Positions 35,369 through 45,090 of a DNA stretch of 64,000 nt are shown here, one piece after another. This stretch comes from an uncultured virus (IMG/VR IMGVR_UViG_3300041405_000133) (taxonomy: Duplodnaviria; Heunggongvirae; Uroviricota; Caudoviricetes). The stretch covers positions 1-64,000 of IMG/VR virus record IMGVR_UViG_3300041405_000133. One strand, given 5' to 3'. The notes under the pieces are model-generated. The model searched no databases. It worked only from the letters and a program-made list of their open reading frames with translations, and was not told the DNA's origin. A program made the position numbers and the translations under genes. The stretch's first letter is position 1. Each line of letters begins with the position of its first letter.

Positions 35369-36186
35369 CAAGTAGTACCTGCGAATTTAGGTGTTTTGAG
35401 GGTAGTGCCGCCGGCGTTCATTGTAAGAACGGAACCACCACCATCAATCACGGATTGTACACCGGCTTTCATTTTAATGTTCTTACCAGCATTAACAATG
35501 AAATCACGTTCAGCCTTAGCGTTGATGTCCTGAGGTGCATATGCCTTGATGTCCATCTGATCAAGCTTAACGAAAGTTCCCTTAGCGTTCTGCAAGTGGA
35601 TCAGGTTCAAAGCACTAGCGAGGAACATGAAGTTACCGATGTCGTCCTTAACAGTGAACGTACCTTCGGCGAAGTCAAAGAACATCTCGTACAGATAAGG
35701 CTCGCCATTCGCCTGACAGCTACGGAACGAGAACATCTTACTGTGGGAAGAGAGTTCGAACCAGTACATGTTGTCAAGACCGAGAGTTGTAGAACCTTCG
35801 TCTTGAGTGGCACTGATACCGAAGATGATCGTCTCAAGCTTTCTGAGGTTGTCATCCAGACCCATGGTCCGCCAATAGTACTTATCGTGGTCCGCTGTTT
35901 GCAGGATCTCCACACGCTCGCCACGACGTACATCCGGTGCAGTCAACCGGTTGGAGCCAGAAGGCAGCCAAGTCGCTGTGATGCTGTTGGAGGAGATCAT
36001 ACCGCCACTCACGGCGTTACCATCGATGTCTTTGGTCTGATAAGTCTCAGCTGTCTCGTTCCCGGTCAATTCACCATCACGCATCGGCAGCCATTCAATA
36101 GGGACCACATCAACGGTCTTGCTACCCAGCTCTTTGTTCGTATCGATACGACCAATACCGACCGTCCTGAAAACGGATACCTCCAT
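35368..36186 (-). CDS. baseplate central spike, gp5/VgrG-like (phiKZ gp164 family)
   Basis: N-terminal OB-fold-like region (ATWLP..APDVRRGERV), C-terminal short beta-strand repeats; directly upstream of PAAR. Confidence 0.75.
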   Translation of the reverse strand: MEVSVFRTVGIGRIDTNKELGSKTVDVVPIEWLPMRDGELTGNETAETYQTKDIDGNAVSGGMISSNSITATWLPSGSNRLTAPDVRRGERVEILQTADHDKYYWRTMGLDDNLRKLETIIFGISATQDEGSTTLGLDNMYWFELSSHSKMFSFRSCQANGEPYLYEMFFDFAEGTFTVKDDIGNFMFLASALNLIHLQNAKGTFVKLDQMDIKAYAPQDINAKAERDFIVNAGKNIKMKAGVQSVIDGGGSVLTMNAGGTTLKTPKFAGTT

Positions 36187-36259
36187 GCTGAGATCCTCTT
36201 AAATCAAATTTAACTAAACGTCTTAATGATACAATAGCACTACTCACGGAGCATCCGCG

Positions 36260-38692
36260 ATGCAGTTCCTGTACATCGAATTAGTAAACTGCAACCGTAC
36301 CGCACTCAACGGAAAGAAGTCCGTAAAGATCACACCTGAAACTAAAACTCAGATGATCTTGGGTACTAACGGTAGCGGTAAGTCAAGTCTTATCAGCATT
36401 GGCTTCTCACCACTCCCTCCTGATCCTGATGATTTCGATAAGGACGGGTACTGGTGCTCGAAGTTTATCCACAAAGGTCACACGTACAAATGCGAGGCAT
36501 GGTACGGGGATAAGAATTCTTATTCATTCATAGTAGACGGTGGTGAGAACCTTAACAAAGGCAGAACCATCACTGCTCAACTCGAGTTGGTCAAGATTCA
36601 TATCGGCTACACTCGCGACCTGCATGCGCTTCTGACGGGTGAGGTTAAGTTCACCACAATGAACGCTCTCCAGCGTCAGCAGTGGATCAGCCGCTTCGCT
36701 ACAGCTGACTTCACGTACGCCTTCGCCAAGTATAAAGAATGGCGTGGGATGTTGAGCAAGGCGAATAACATCGTTGACTGGGTGAGCGATCACTTGGTTG
36801 AGGCTAAGTCCCGTTTGATGGACCCTGTCGATGTCGCTGAGATGCGTAAGAAAGCTGATGAGCTGCATGAGACTCTGGACACGTTGATGCGTGAGCCTAA
36901 GTCTGGTATCGGCGCTATGAATGAGTTCGAGCTTCAAGACCTCATCCGTAAAACTGATCAGGAGATCTGTAACCTGCTGATGGAAGAGTATCCTGAGATC
37001 GCCAACATGCGCAGTCAAGCGGATATGGACTTCACGCTGGCTGAGGTCGACATGATCTTCAACCAGTACACCGGTGAGATGAAGGTCCACGGTGAGCGTT
37101 TGTCTGAGCTGGAAACTCTGAAGGTTAAAGCCCAGCAGATGTTGAAGGTAGATCCTAACATCTTACAGGCCGAGATCGAACAGCTTCGCAAAGACCTCAA
37201 CTCTTTGCCAGCGTTGGTTACCGGTATTCACGAGAGCTTGCTGATTCCAGCCGCTGATGCAATTACTGATCTTCGGATGGGTACAGCTGGACTTCCTCCT
37301 GAGCGTAAGACTCTGGGTGATGTGATGGCCATCTCCGAAGTCATCATGTTTAAGCGCATGAAGGCTAACCAGTTCGGCGGAGCAATCGATGACATCCAGC
37401 GTCAGATCGAACACATCCACAAATGTGAATCGGTTATCTGCCCAAGCTGCACTCATTCGTTTAAGCCGGGGGTTGAACCAGGTACGCTTGAAGAGTTGGA
37501 GACACGCCTGAATAAAGGCGAGGCACTGACTAAGGGTCTTGACGTTGAGTTGGAAGAGTTGTCGGGCAAACTTGAAGAAGTCCAAGAGGTCGCCAATTCT
37601 TACGAACATATGGAAGATCTCAGGAAGAAGTATCAGGGTCGTTATCCGGGATTGTTCTCGTACCTTGATCAGAAGGGCTGGACTTCGATCGGTCGTGGTC
37701 TCTCAGCGGCGTATGCTGCGTATGAGCGTGATGTTCACAACTCAGGTCTGCGGAAGAAAGCGCAAGAACGTCTTGACATCGTAATGGATGCCATCAGTCG
37801 GTTCAACCAAGAAGGCGGTGAGATGTCCGCAGTCATGGAGAACTACTACAAGGCTAAGGCTGCGTACGAAGCTGCATTCGCTAACGTGAGTATGGCTCGT
37901 GATGACAAAGCGAACGTGGTACGCCTGAGCAAGGCGATGCAAGACTACGAACGCCGTTACAGCCACGCTGAAGAGCTGTACGAGACACTTCGCATTGAAC
38001 TGATTCGTTACTGCAACAACCAAGGCGATCTTCTGATTGAAGATCTCATCAAGAAGACCAAGACGTCTATTGGTATTCATGAGAACGCTTTGGCTGAACA
38101 GGATGCTCACGAGACTCTGGTAAAGGATCTCGAGAATCAACTTGTAGCAGCGGCTACTCAGCAAGCAGCAATGAAGAAGCTCGTGGACGCCATGTGTCCT
38201 AAGAAAGGTCTGCTGGCGGAACAGATCACTCACCAGATGCTCACGGTGATCAACGTCGTCAACAAGATCATTCAGCGAGTGTGGGAATACCCGCTCACCG
38301 TTTCACCGAGTAATGTCGATGAAGAGAAGGGGATTGATTACAAGTTCCCGCTCAGAGTCGATAAGGTTCCTCGCAGCGACGTTAGTAAAGGTAATGGTTC
38401 GTCCAAAGATATTGTCGATCAGGCTTTCAGGCTGGCGGGTTACGCTTGCATGAACTTAACCGATTACCCACTATACTTGGATGAGTTGGGTTCTTCCTTC
38501 GATGAAACCCACCAGTACAAGTTACTTCCGTTGATTAAGGAATTGGCTGACGATCCACGGTTCTCCCAGATTCTGATCATTAGTCATGCTTTGATCGGTC
38601 AGACGGCGTTCCCTAGTTCGCAGACGATTATCCTTGACGATCGTAACATCAACTACCCTCACACTTACAATGAACATGTGGAGTTTGCCTAA
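36260..38692 (+). CDS. sbcC: SbcC/Rad50-like SMC-family ATPase (phiKZ gp165 family)
   Basis: Walker A GTNGSGKS, long coiled coils, central CPSC zinc hook, Walker B LYLDELGSSFD, IISH. Confidence 0.9.
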   Translation: MQFLYIELVNCNRTALNGKKSVKITPETKTQMILGTNGSGKSSLISIGFSPLPPDPDDFDKDGYWCSKFIHKGHTYKCEAWYGDKNSYSFIVDGGENLNKGRTITAQLELVKIHIGYTRDLHALLTGEVKFTTMNALQRQQWISRFATADFTYAFAKYKEWRGMLSKANNIVDWVSDHLVEAKSRLMDPVDVAEMRKKADELHETLDTLMREPKSGIGAMNEFELQDLIRKTDQEICNLLMEEYPEIANMRSQADMDFTLAEVDMIFNQYTGEMKVHGERLSELETLKVKAQQMLKVDPNILQAEIEQLRKDLNSLPALVTGIHESLLIPAADAITDLRMGTAGLPPERKTLGDVMAISEVIMFKRMKANQFGGAIDDIQRQIEHIHKCESVICPSCTHSFKPGVEPGTLEELETRLNKGEALTKGLDVELEELSGKLEEVQEVANSYEHMEDLRKKYQGRYPGLFSYLDQKGWTSIGRGLSAAYAAYERDVHNSGLRKKAQERLDIVMDAISRFNQEGGEMSAVMENYYKAKAAYEAAFANVSMARDDKANVVRLSKAMQDYERRYSHAEELYETLRIELIRYCNNQGDLLIEDLIKKTKTSIGIHENALAEQDAHETLVKDLENQLVAAATQQAAMKKLVDAMCPKKGLLAEQITHQMLTVINVVNKIIQRVWEYPLTVSPSNVDEEKGIDYKFPLRVDKVPRSDVSKGNGSSKDIVDQAFRLAGYACMNLTDYPLYLDELGSSFDETHQYKLLPLIKELADDPRFSQILIISHALIGQTAFPSSQTIILDDRNINYPHTYNEHVEFA

Positions 38693-38877
38693 TGGTACTC
38701 GGTATCTTCTTTCTGATCGTCTTCCTTATCATCGCTTCGATCATCTGGCGTATGGAGCGTGGGCAGAAGTTCCTGCACAAATTGTGTGCGTCGGTGGGAT
38801 GTAGTTTTGTCATCACCGCGCTCATTGTGTTTGGTGCAGCAAAAGAACTGGCGTCACTGAAGTTCCTCTTCAGTTGA
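38692..38877 (+). CDS. 61-aa membrane protein (two predicted TM helices)
   Basis: TAATG overlap with sbcC; two hydrophobic segments. Confidence 0.65.
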   Translation: MVLGIFFLIVFLIIASIIWRMERGQKFLHKLCASVGCSFVITALIVFGAAKELASLKFLFS

Positions 38878-38883
38878 CCCAAC

Positions 38884-39144
38884 ATGGAGGAATTAATCAT
38901 GGATAACAATCCAGAAGGTTACGTCGGCGAAGCGTTGGTAACGGGTTTCGGTATTAACGAAATCCATATTCGTCTCAGTTACGGTAGGATGCGCTTGCGA
39001 ATTCCTTACAAGACTGAAGAAGCGTTGTGGGAGAAGTATCAAGTGGATGATGTAGTTCACGTCTATCTTACTGCCGGTGATGGATGTGCAGAACTCCGCT
39101 TGAAGACCCCACCGCCTCCGGCTGCATTTCCTCCAGAGATGTAA
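38884..39144 (+). CDS. hypothetical protein
   Basis: ~81-86 aa. GGAGG precedes the second Met; ends at a terminator. Confidence 0.7.
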   Translation: MEELIMDNNPEGYVGEALVTGFGINEIHIRLSYGRMRLRIPYKTEEALWEKYQVDDVVHVYLTAGDGCAELRLKTPPPPAAFPPEM

Positions 39145-39145
39145 A

Positions 39146-39182
39146 CAGCATAAAGCCCGGCCTTGAGCCGGGCCTTATGTTT
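39146..39182. terminator. bidirectional hairpin, TATG class
   Basis: gCATAAaGCCCGGC-cttga-GCCGGGCcTTATGt between convergent genes. Confidence 0.8.
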
Positions 39183-39186
39183 GTCA

Positions 39187-39831
39187 TCAGCCGCCTGGAG
39201 CAGAACCTTCCAGTTCTGCAATGCGATCGTTGAGCTTCTCGATGGTTTCGATAAATGTTGCTTGGGCCGTTTTATAAGCCTCTATCTGAGCCAACAGCAC
39301 GAGGTTCTCAGCGTAAGGGGTGGTACGGATAGTGATGGCAGCAGAACGTGCCGCAGCGTCAGCCACAGCTTGTTCCTGAGTCACCGCATCGGTAGTTGGG
39401 ATCGTGGCAACCGACACCGTGCTCTCAACGCCGATATAATCCGACACCGCTTGCTTTACAGATTGCGTCAAACGGGTGAGATCGTAGCTATCCGGCAAGA
39501 TGCCGAGATCAACAGTCGCTACCATCCAACTGTGAGGAACAACGCCCATGTTCGGATACGACTCGATATACGTATCCGGAACGTAGATTGCTTTCTCACT
39601 GTCAGACATCAGCGTGATGATCGCAGCACCTGCGGCGACGTCAGCCTGATAGTCAGCCTCGACTAAGTTAACAGGCGTGTACACCAGTGCTAGAGGATCT
39701 ACACCGCGAGTGATGAGGTCTTCGAAAGAACGTTCACCAGTAACGCGGTAGACAACCGTTGCTTTGGCATTGAAGGGCGCCCGTAAAACGAACAGACCCC
39801 TCGAACCCAATGGCGGAGTGATTCTAGCCAT
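39187..39831 (-). CDS. conserved-looking hypothetical/virion protein with C-terminal coiled coil
   Basis: 214 aa, SD GAGG, IYVPDTYIESYP, DLGILPD. Confidence 0.75.
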   Translation of the reverse strand: MARITPPLGSRGLFVLRAPFNAKATVVYRVTGERSFEDLITRGVDPLALVYTPVNLVEADYQADVAAGAAIITLMSDSEKAIYVPDTYIESYPNMGVVPHSWMVATVDLGILPDSYDLTRLTQSVKQAVSDYIGVESTVSVATIPTTDAVTQEQAVADAAARSAAITIRTTPYAENLVLLAQIEAYKTAQATFIETIEKLNDRIAELEGSAPGG

Positions 39832-39842
39832 ACGTCAATACC

Positions 39843-41174
39843 TCATGGAGTGACTGGAATAGTCGCTTGAGCGATATCGACGCTGTACTTGGTAACTACC
39901 AGATACAGGAACTTGTTGAAGCTCTTGGCGATGTAAACCACGTCATCACGAATCAGACGGTTGAAGCCGGTAGGAACGCCAGAGTCACGCGTCATCTCTT
40001 CAGCGTGCATCAGCATCTCAGCGAGTATCAGGCAGAACTGGCGAGTTTCCTCTTTCATCTGCATGAAGTCTACGTGAGTAGTCGGCACGTTGATGTAGTC
40101 AGGGTAACGCTCGATGAACTGATCGATACCGTCACGGTTCTCAGGTCCACCAACAACAGCCAGCATTACGGAACGAAACTGCGAAGGGACGATGTTCAAC
40201 ACCTTATCGATGTGAGCATCGGTGTACTTAACACCCTTACAGGTCTTGTGGCAGATTTGCATCGACTGCTGTACGCCAGCGATGCCGGCCCAGATGCCGG
40301 TTTGACGAACTTCCTGTGGTACAGCCCAGTTCATGTAGAGCGGAGTCGCGATGAACTCAGTCGACGTAAAAAGGTCAGGGAAGATCGTTGCCCAATCGTC
40401 ACGATCATGTTCGCTGTTATCGAGGATATAATCCCGGATAGCTTCTTTGACGGCGTCGAGGTTGTCGCCAGCCGGACCGTAGATCACAGTCACCCAGTTG
40501 GTGTCGATGGTCTTGGTCTTGTCGGTTGGATCAGTCCAGGCAAACACGTCGTTTCGCATGACCGTTTCAGGGAAGACGCCCTTAGCGATGTTCATGCGGT
40601 TAAAGATGTCGGACTGCTGAATCGCCTGAACCATTTCCAGTACGGTATCGTAGTCGTCGAAGAACGAATCGAGTGCCACGACCGGAGGAACCGGCAGGAT
40701 GGTGAACTCGTCGTATTGGTTGTAGAACGAATCATCAGCGAACCAGATCCGCCAGCTTGTAGTAGCCGACTGATTCAATGGTGCGATGTTGATGTATTCA
40801 GGGCAGAAGTAGTTACCGAATGCCGTTTGGATGCCGGAGTCGATCAGATCGAACTGAGTACCGAAGTGCTGAATGAAGGCTTGAGTGAAGCTATCCTTCT
40901 CTTCAGTGAAGGTCCCAAGCTTGGCCTGAGTGTAGATCCAGTTGATCGCAGTCAAGCACGAGAAGGCGATCTCATCCGACACTACGGTCGGTACATCGTT
41001 GACTTTGTAAGAGAACCCTACGAGGGTCTCAGCACCAAAGTCGGAGAAGGAATGCCACGTCTTTTCACGGGCAGCTGTTTTGGATCTGTCAGCCAGCTCG
41101 CCAATCGGTGAGACCACGCCAAGCGTGTTGTCCACCAACGATCCGATCTGGGCAAACGCCTTGAAAATATTCAC
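39843..41174 (-). CDS. putative virion structural protein
   Basis: 443 aa, GTG start with SD GAGG. SPIGEL, WRIWFADDSF and IFPDLF motifs recalled from phiKZ-like virion proteins. Confidence 0.7.
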   Translation of the reverse strand: MNIFKAFAQIGSLVDNTLGVVSPIGELADRSKTAAREKTWHSFSDFGAETLVGFSYKVNDVPTVVSDEIAFSCLTAINWIYTQAKLGTFTEEKDSFTQAFIQHFGTQFDLIDSGIQTAFGNYFCPEYINIAPLNQSATTSWRIWFADDSFYNQYDEFTILPVPPVVALDSFFDDYDTVLEMVQAIQQSDIFNRMNIAKGVFPETVMRNDVFAWTDPTDKTKTIDTNWVTVIYGPAGDNLDAVKEAIRDYILDNSEHDRDDWATIFPDLFTSTEFIATPLYMNWAVPQEVRQTGIWAGIAGVQQSMQICHKTCKGVKYTDAHIDKVLNIVPSQFRSVMLAVVGGPENRDGIDQFIERYPDYINVPTTHVDFMQMKEETRQFCLILAEMLMHAEEMTRDSGVPTGFNRLIRDDVVYIAKSFNKFLYLVVTKYSVDIAQATIPVTP

Positions 41175-41287
41175 TGTTAATACCTCGGTTTGCGAGCGGC
41201 GAAAGGTATGACCGTAAGTGATGTAAAAACTTACACCATGTAGCCTGGAACTATATTATTTTTCAAGAACTTTAGGGGACTATCGTA

Positions 41288-41710
41288 GTGGCACTCTCGA
41301 CCCTGCTACTTTTACTAAAGTCCTTATTTCCTTTTCTGAAAGAAATTCTTCTGCGAGATAAGACTTTAAAAGCATTCGTCGGCGATAACAAGACGGCTAC
41401 CTTCTTGTTGTCTATCTTAGTCCTGGTGTTCATCCTGTTCCTCGCCGTCGTCGATGTCTTATCCGTAAAGAATAAAGAACTCGAAGCGATGAAAGAGTCG
41501 GGTGCTTTCACCACACCACATCTGGAAGATGCGAATAAACGGATCAAGGAGCTTGAAGATCAACTTAAACTCTGCCGACCGGTGCAACCTGATGTTAGTC
41601 AGGGGAATCACCATCCAACCACCAACGTAGCGAGCGAAGGCAAGAAAGGTAAGTCCCTAAAGGACTACGCCTCGTCGCGTCTGAAGAGTCTCGATGATAA
41701 CGGTAAATAA
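41288..41710 (+). CDS. probable inner-membrane spanin (i-spanin)
   Basis: TM segment FLLSILVLVFILFLAVVDVL followed by a coiled coil and one Cys; 2 nt upstream of a lipoprotein gene. Confidence 0.55.
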   Translation: MALSTLLLLLKSLFPFLKEILLRDKTLKAFVGDNKTATFLLSILVLVFILFLAVVDVLSVKNKELEAMKESGAFTTPHLEDANKRIKELEDQLKLCRPVQPDVSQGNHHPTTNVASEGKKGKSLKDYASSRLKSLDDNGK

Positions 41711-41712
41711 CC

Positions 41713-42093
41713 ATGTTGAACTTACGTCTAAATATGCGTCTGATGTTGCAACTTCCATTGCTTCTCTTGGGATCATGCACGCCGGTGATTCCAAGTACAT
41801 CGATCGTCATTTATACGGTTGAGAGCCCTGCGCCTCAAGTGCAGCACAAGAAATCTCAGCCGGTGCAAAAGAAGCAAGCGCGTAAAGTCACCGATAATGC
41901 TGAGAAGTGCGAACGCATGGAGCTGGCTGTTATCGAGACATACAAGATCCCTGACCTACCGGATCTCACTAATCTCTCTCCAGACGACGACCCAGCCGTA
42001 GTGGACGCGCTGTATGAACACATCAAGCTGTTGCGAAGTGAGCTCAAGCGTGTGATGGCAGATTACAAATGTACGGTAAGTGGTACTCCGTGA
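41713..42093 (+). CDS. probable outer-membrane lipoprotein spanin (o-spanin)
   Basis: Signal peptide with lipobox LLLLGS-C, Pro-rich IPDLPDL..SPDDDP, two further Cys. Confidence 0.65.
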   Translation: MLNLRLNMRLMLQLPLLLLGSCTPVIPSTSIVIYTVESPAPQVQHKKSQPVQKKQARKVTDNAEKCERMELAVIETYKIPDLPDLTNLSPDDDPAVVDALYEHIKLLRSELKRVMADYKCTVSGTP

Positions 42094-42157
42094 GTGGTTG
42101 ATTCAAAAGATACAAAACTGACCAATACTCTAGGCGTACCTCTTAAGGAATTCAAGA

Positions 42158-43645
42158 ATGGCTGATACACCAGTAGCAACTGGAGCGGTCCTTTATACGG
42201 ACGGCGGTTTCTTAGCCGATAAACGTATCGGCGGATGGGGTGTTCACGGTTACACTTTCATCGATGAAGCTCCAAAGAAAGGCACGGGTAACCCGAAAGC
42301 CGTGCCTTCTGATAAAGGCTATCTCGGTGACAATATCGTGGGCAACAAGGTCACTCCGATCGAGTACATCGATCTGATTGGCGGCCGCAGGGATTACGGG
42401 AGCAACAACGAGGTCGAACTCGAAGCAATGTATCGTGCATTGCTGTGGCTTCAAGAAAACCCTGAGATCATCAAAGCGGTATTGCTCAGTGATTCGATGT
42501 TCGTGGTGAAGGGTACTGACTTCCTACCGGCATGGGCAGAGGGTGGTAAGTGGCTCAATAAGAAGGGCGGTCCAATTAAGTACCGCCCTCTGTGGGAAAA
42601 GTACAAAGAGGTCTGGGATGACCTGAAGTCGAAGATCTCCATTGAGATGAACCACGTCAAGGCTCACAATGGGGAAATGGGCAACACCATCGCTGACTCC
42701 CACGCCGGGAGAGGTTTGGTGTTAGGAACGAAGAAGGACGATACGATCATCCGCGATCGTAAAGTTGCTCAAGGGTATTGGAGTAACAAGAACGTCATCC
42801 CGCGTATTCTCCAAGCCCCTCGTTGGTATTTCGCAACAAACGATCTCGAGTACAAACGAGCAGACGGCACAACTGTCTACTACGTTGGTTCGCACGGCAC
42901 GAAAGATAAGGAAGACGAACTGTACGGCAAACCGTACGCTGACAACTTCCTTGGCGTGGTACGGGTCAAAGAGCCCGATCCAGTAATGGAAACCTTGCGT
43001 CTCACAGCTATCGCAAAAGATGCCAAGCAGTACGGCGCTATTGTGATTGCGCACTTGGATGCAATCTTCTCTCCCAAGACGTACAAAGAGCTTTCTGACT
43101 ACAACACCACCTTCCTGTATCCGTCCAAGAAAGGCGTCGACTTGCTCGATTCCAAGGACGTTCCAGTACTGGTGGAGATGCGGCCAGCAGGCTTAGGTTT
43201 CAGGGGTGTGCAGTCTTGGGACGGCATGAGTAGGGTTCTAGATGGAGTCCTTGAAGGTGATGATTACTACGTCCTCACCGACATTACGGACTTACTCTAT
43301 GAGGAGAAGGGCGATAAGAAAGTCGTCCGGAAACTCAAGCCGAGTATTTCCCAAATTGTCAAATACCTCGATGTAGGGGTGACATTCAACTTGGAGAAAG
43401 CTAAGGATGAACCCAAACCGTTCATCGGTAAAGTGCGTTTGGTCTTGGGTGGCGATATACTGACACGGAACCAGTTGGCGGCTCTGGCAGAGGACGTTAA
43501 GTCCGTTAAAGTAGTGTGCTGGAGGGAATCTGATAACGTAGGACGTTACGCTACCATGGTAGAGCTGTTGTCTGGTGATGTCGGCATTTGGGCACGGACA
43601 GCATCAAACATCTACTATCACACGATCAAGCAGAAGACTAACTGA
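42158..43645 (+). CDS. rnhA: RNase HI with a long C-terminal extension (phiKZ gp155 family)
   Basis: LYTDGG, NNEVELEA, LSDSMFV, HVKAHNGEMGNTIAD: the four acidic residues and the His of RNase HI are present. Confidence 0.9.
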   Translation: MADTPVATGAVLYTDGGFLADKRIGGWGVHGYTFIDEAPKKGTGNPKAVPSDKGYLGDNIVGNKVTPIEYIDLIGGRRDYGSNNEVELEAMYRALLWLQENPEIIKAVLLSDSMFVVKGTDFLPAWAEGGKWLNKKGGPIKYRPLWEKYKEVWDDLKSKISIEMNHVKAHNGEMGNTIADSHAGRGLVLGTKKDDTIIRDRKVAQGYWSNKNVIPRILQAPRWYFATNDLEYKRADGTTVYYVGSHGTKDKEDELYGKPYADNFLGVVRVKEPDPVMETLRLTAIAKDAKQYGAIVIAHLDAIFSPKTYKELSDYNTTFLYPSKKGVDLLDSKDVPVLVEMRPAGLGFRGVQSWDGMSRVLDGVLEGDDYYVLTDITDLLYEEKGDKKVVRKLKPSISQIVKYLDVGVTFNLEKAKDEPKPFIGKVRLVLGGDILTRNQLAALAEDVKSVKVVCWRESDNVGRYATMVELLSGDVGIWARTASNIYYHTIKQKTN

Positions 43646-43662
43646 TCGTAGAGGTCTCACTA

Positions 43663-44079
43663 ATGAACGTCGACAGACTGGCATCGGGTAATTATCCGGT
43701 AGTTGTACAACATCATCCAGTCAATGATGGTGAACTAAGTCCGAAGCACAGCATAAAACGATTTATCTTCGTTACATCGCTGTGGTGCTGGATGAATCAT
43801 ATCGACAAACCCACCGCTTGTGCGATGGAGGAGTTGAATGATCGGTTCAAGTTAGTTATGAGGTCGAAAGCGTTATTGTTCCCTGCGGCCATGAGCAAGA
43901 TGGTCTGGGGTAAGATCGACCTCGCGACCATTCATACTCGCTACAGACAACGGAAGATTCGGATCGAAGATGCAGTTACCGAGCTGATGCGTTGCGCGCC
44001 CTCTTGGGTACGCTACGACAGTGACGAGTTGCTCCTTCGGGACGTTGAGGCGATCTTCCGTAGCGTCAAAACGGTGTGA
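43663..44079 (+). CDS. hypothetical protein
   Basis: 138 aa, SD GAGGT, ends at a terminator. Confidence 0.75.
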   Translation: MNVDRLASGNYPVVVQHHPVNDGELSPKHSIKRFIFVTSLWCWMNHIDKPTACAMEELNDRFKLVMRSKALLFPAAMSKMVWGKIDLATIHTRYRQRKIRIEDAVTELMRCAPSWVRYDSDELLLRDVEAIFRSVKTV

Positions 44080-44081
44080 GC

Positions 44082-44126
44082 AGCATACACTCCCCAGCAG
44101 ACAACTGCTGGGGAGTGTATATGCCC
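44082..44126. terminator. bidirectional hairpin, TATG class
   Basis: 16-bp stem ATACACTCCCCAGCAG-acaa-CTGCTGGGGAGTGTAT flanked by gcata / tatgcc. Confidence 0.85.
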
Positions 44127-44987
44127 TTATGACTTCAATGCGACGACAATATCGTCACGAGCATTCATCATGGCGCTGGTGAACTGTTCAGTCATATCGA
44201 CCAATACAGCACCTGCGGTAACGGTAATGCCGACCTTGTAGAACAGGTCAGAAAGCTGGGAGGTGACGAGACCAGACATCTCATCGCCATCTTTGCCGTC
44301 CAGCTCTTTACGCAGTTCCGTAACCAGAACAACCAGACGGTTGATCAGCTTCTGGATATTGACGAAGTCTACCGCACCGACGTCAGCATTCAGTTTGTTG
44401 ATCAGGATGAACGCTTCTTCGATGTCAGCATTACGCTCGACTACTTTGCCGAGTGTAGTCTGATTACGACCGCCGTTCTGGAAGAAGCCTTTGATCTTGT
44501 CAAAGTCTTCCTGAGGAATCAATGCGAGGTTCTTCGCCAGATCCCTGATACCCGATTGTGCCTTGAGGCGATCAGGTTCATTGAGAGCAACCGCCAGCTT
44601 GGTGTTGACCGCCTTGAGAGTGATCTCAGTGGTCTCAACAGCTGGGAGGATGGTCTCGATCAGGAAGCGCAGGAAAGGCACCCACTGACCGCTGAAGCCT
44701 GGTGGAACGGCAACGTAGATACCGCGGGTCTTCTGGTAGTCTTTACCAACCAGAACTTCCTTCAGTTCTTCGGTGTCGATCTTCTGCTTGACGTAGTTGC
44801 CAAGCTTCAGGCCGTTGCAGTACGTGGTGAAGTTTTCGATGTAGCTCTTGAAGGTGGTCGCAAGACCGGACAGGAAGGCCAGAGCTTTCGACTCAGTGGA
44901 CAGCATGCTGCCTTCTTCGATCAAGCTTGGAAGGGTGCTAGCGGATTCAGACGTGTAGTCAGCCAGCGTCTTGTTAACTTTCGACAT
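44127..44987 (-). CDS. putative internal head protein
   Basis: 286 aa, helical. N-terminal S-x-E motif (LSTE) as in protease-processed phiKZ head proteins; lies between RNase H and UvsX as in phiKZ-like phages. Confidence 0.6.
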   Translation of the reverse strand: MSKVNKTLADYTSESASTLPSLIEEGSMLSTESKALAFLSGLATTFKSYIENFTTYCNGLKLGNYVKQKIDTEELKEVLVGKDYQKTRGIYVAVPPGFSGQWVPFLRFLIETILPAVETTEITLKAVNTKLAVALNEPDRLKAQSGIRDLAKNLALIPQEDFDKIKGFFQNGGRNQTTLGKVVERNADIEEAFILINKLNADVGAVDFVNIQKLINRLVVLVTELRKELDGKDGDEMSGLVTSQLSDLFYKVGITVTAGAVLVDMTEQFTSAMMNARDDIVVALKS

Positions 44988-45090
44988 GAGCAGATGCTCC
45001 CTCAGAGTGCAAAATTAGGTAAACCCATAGCAGAGTCTATTTATTTACGCAACGTGTGTATGTTGTGTGAAATTATCAACGGAGCAGGAC

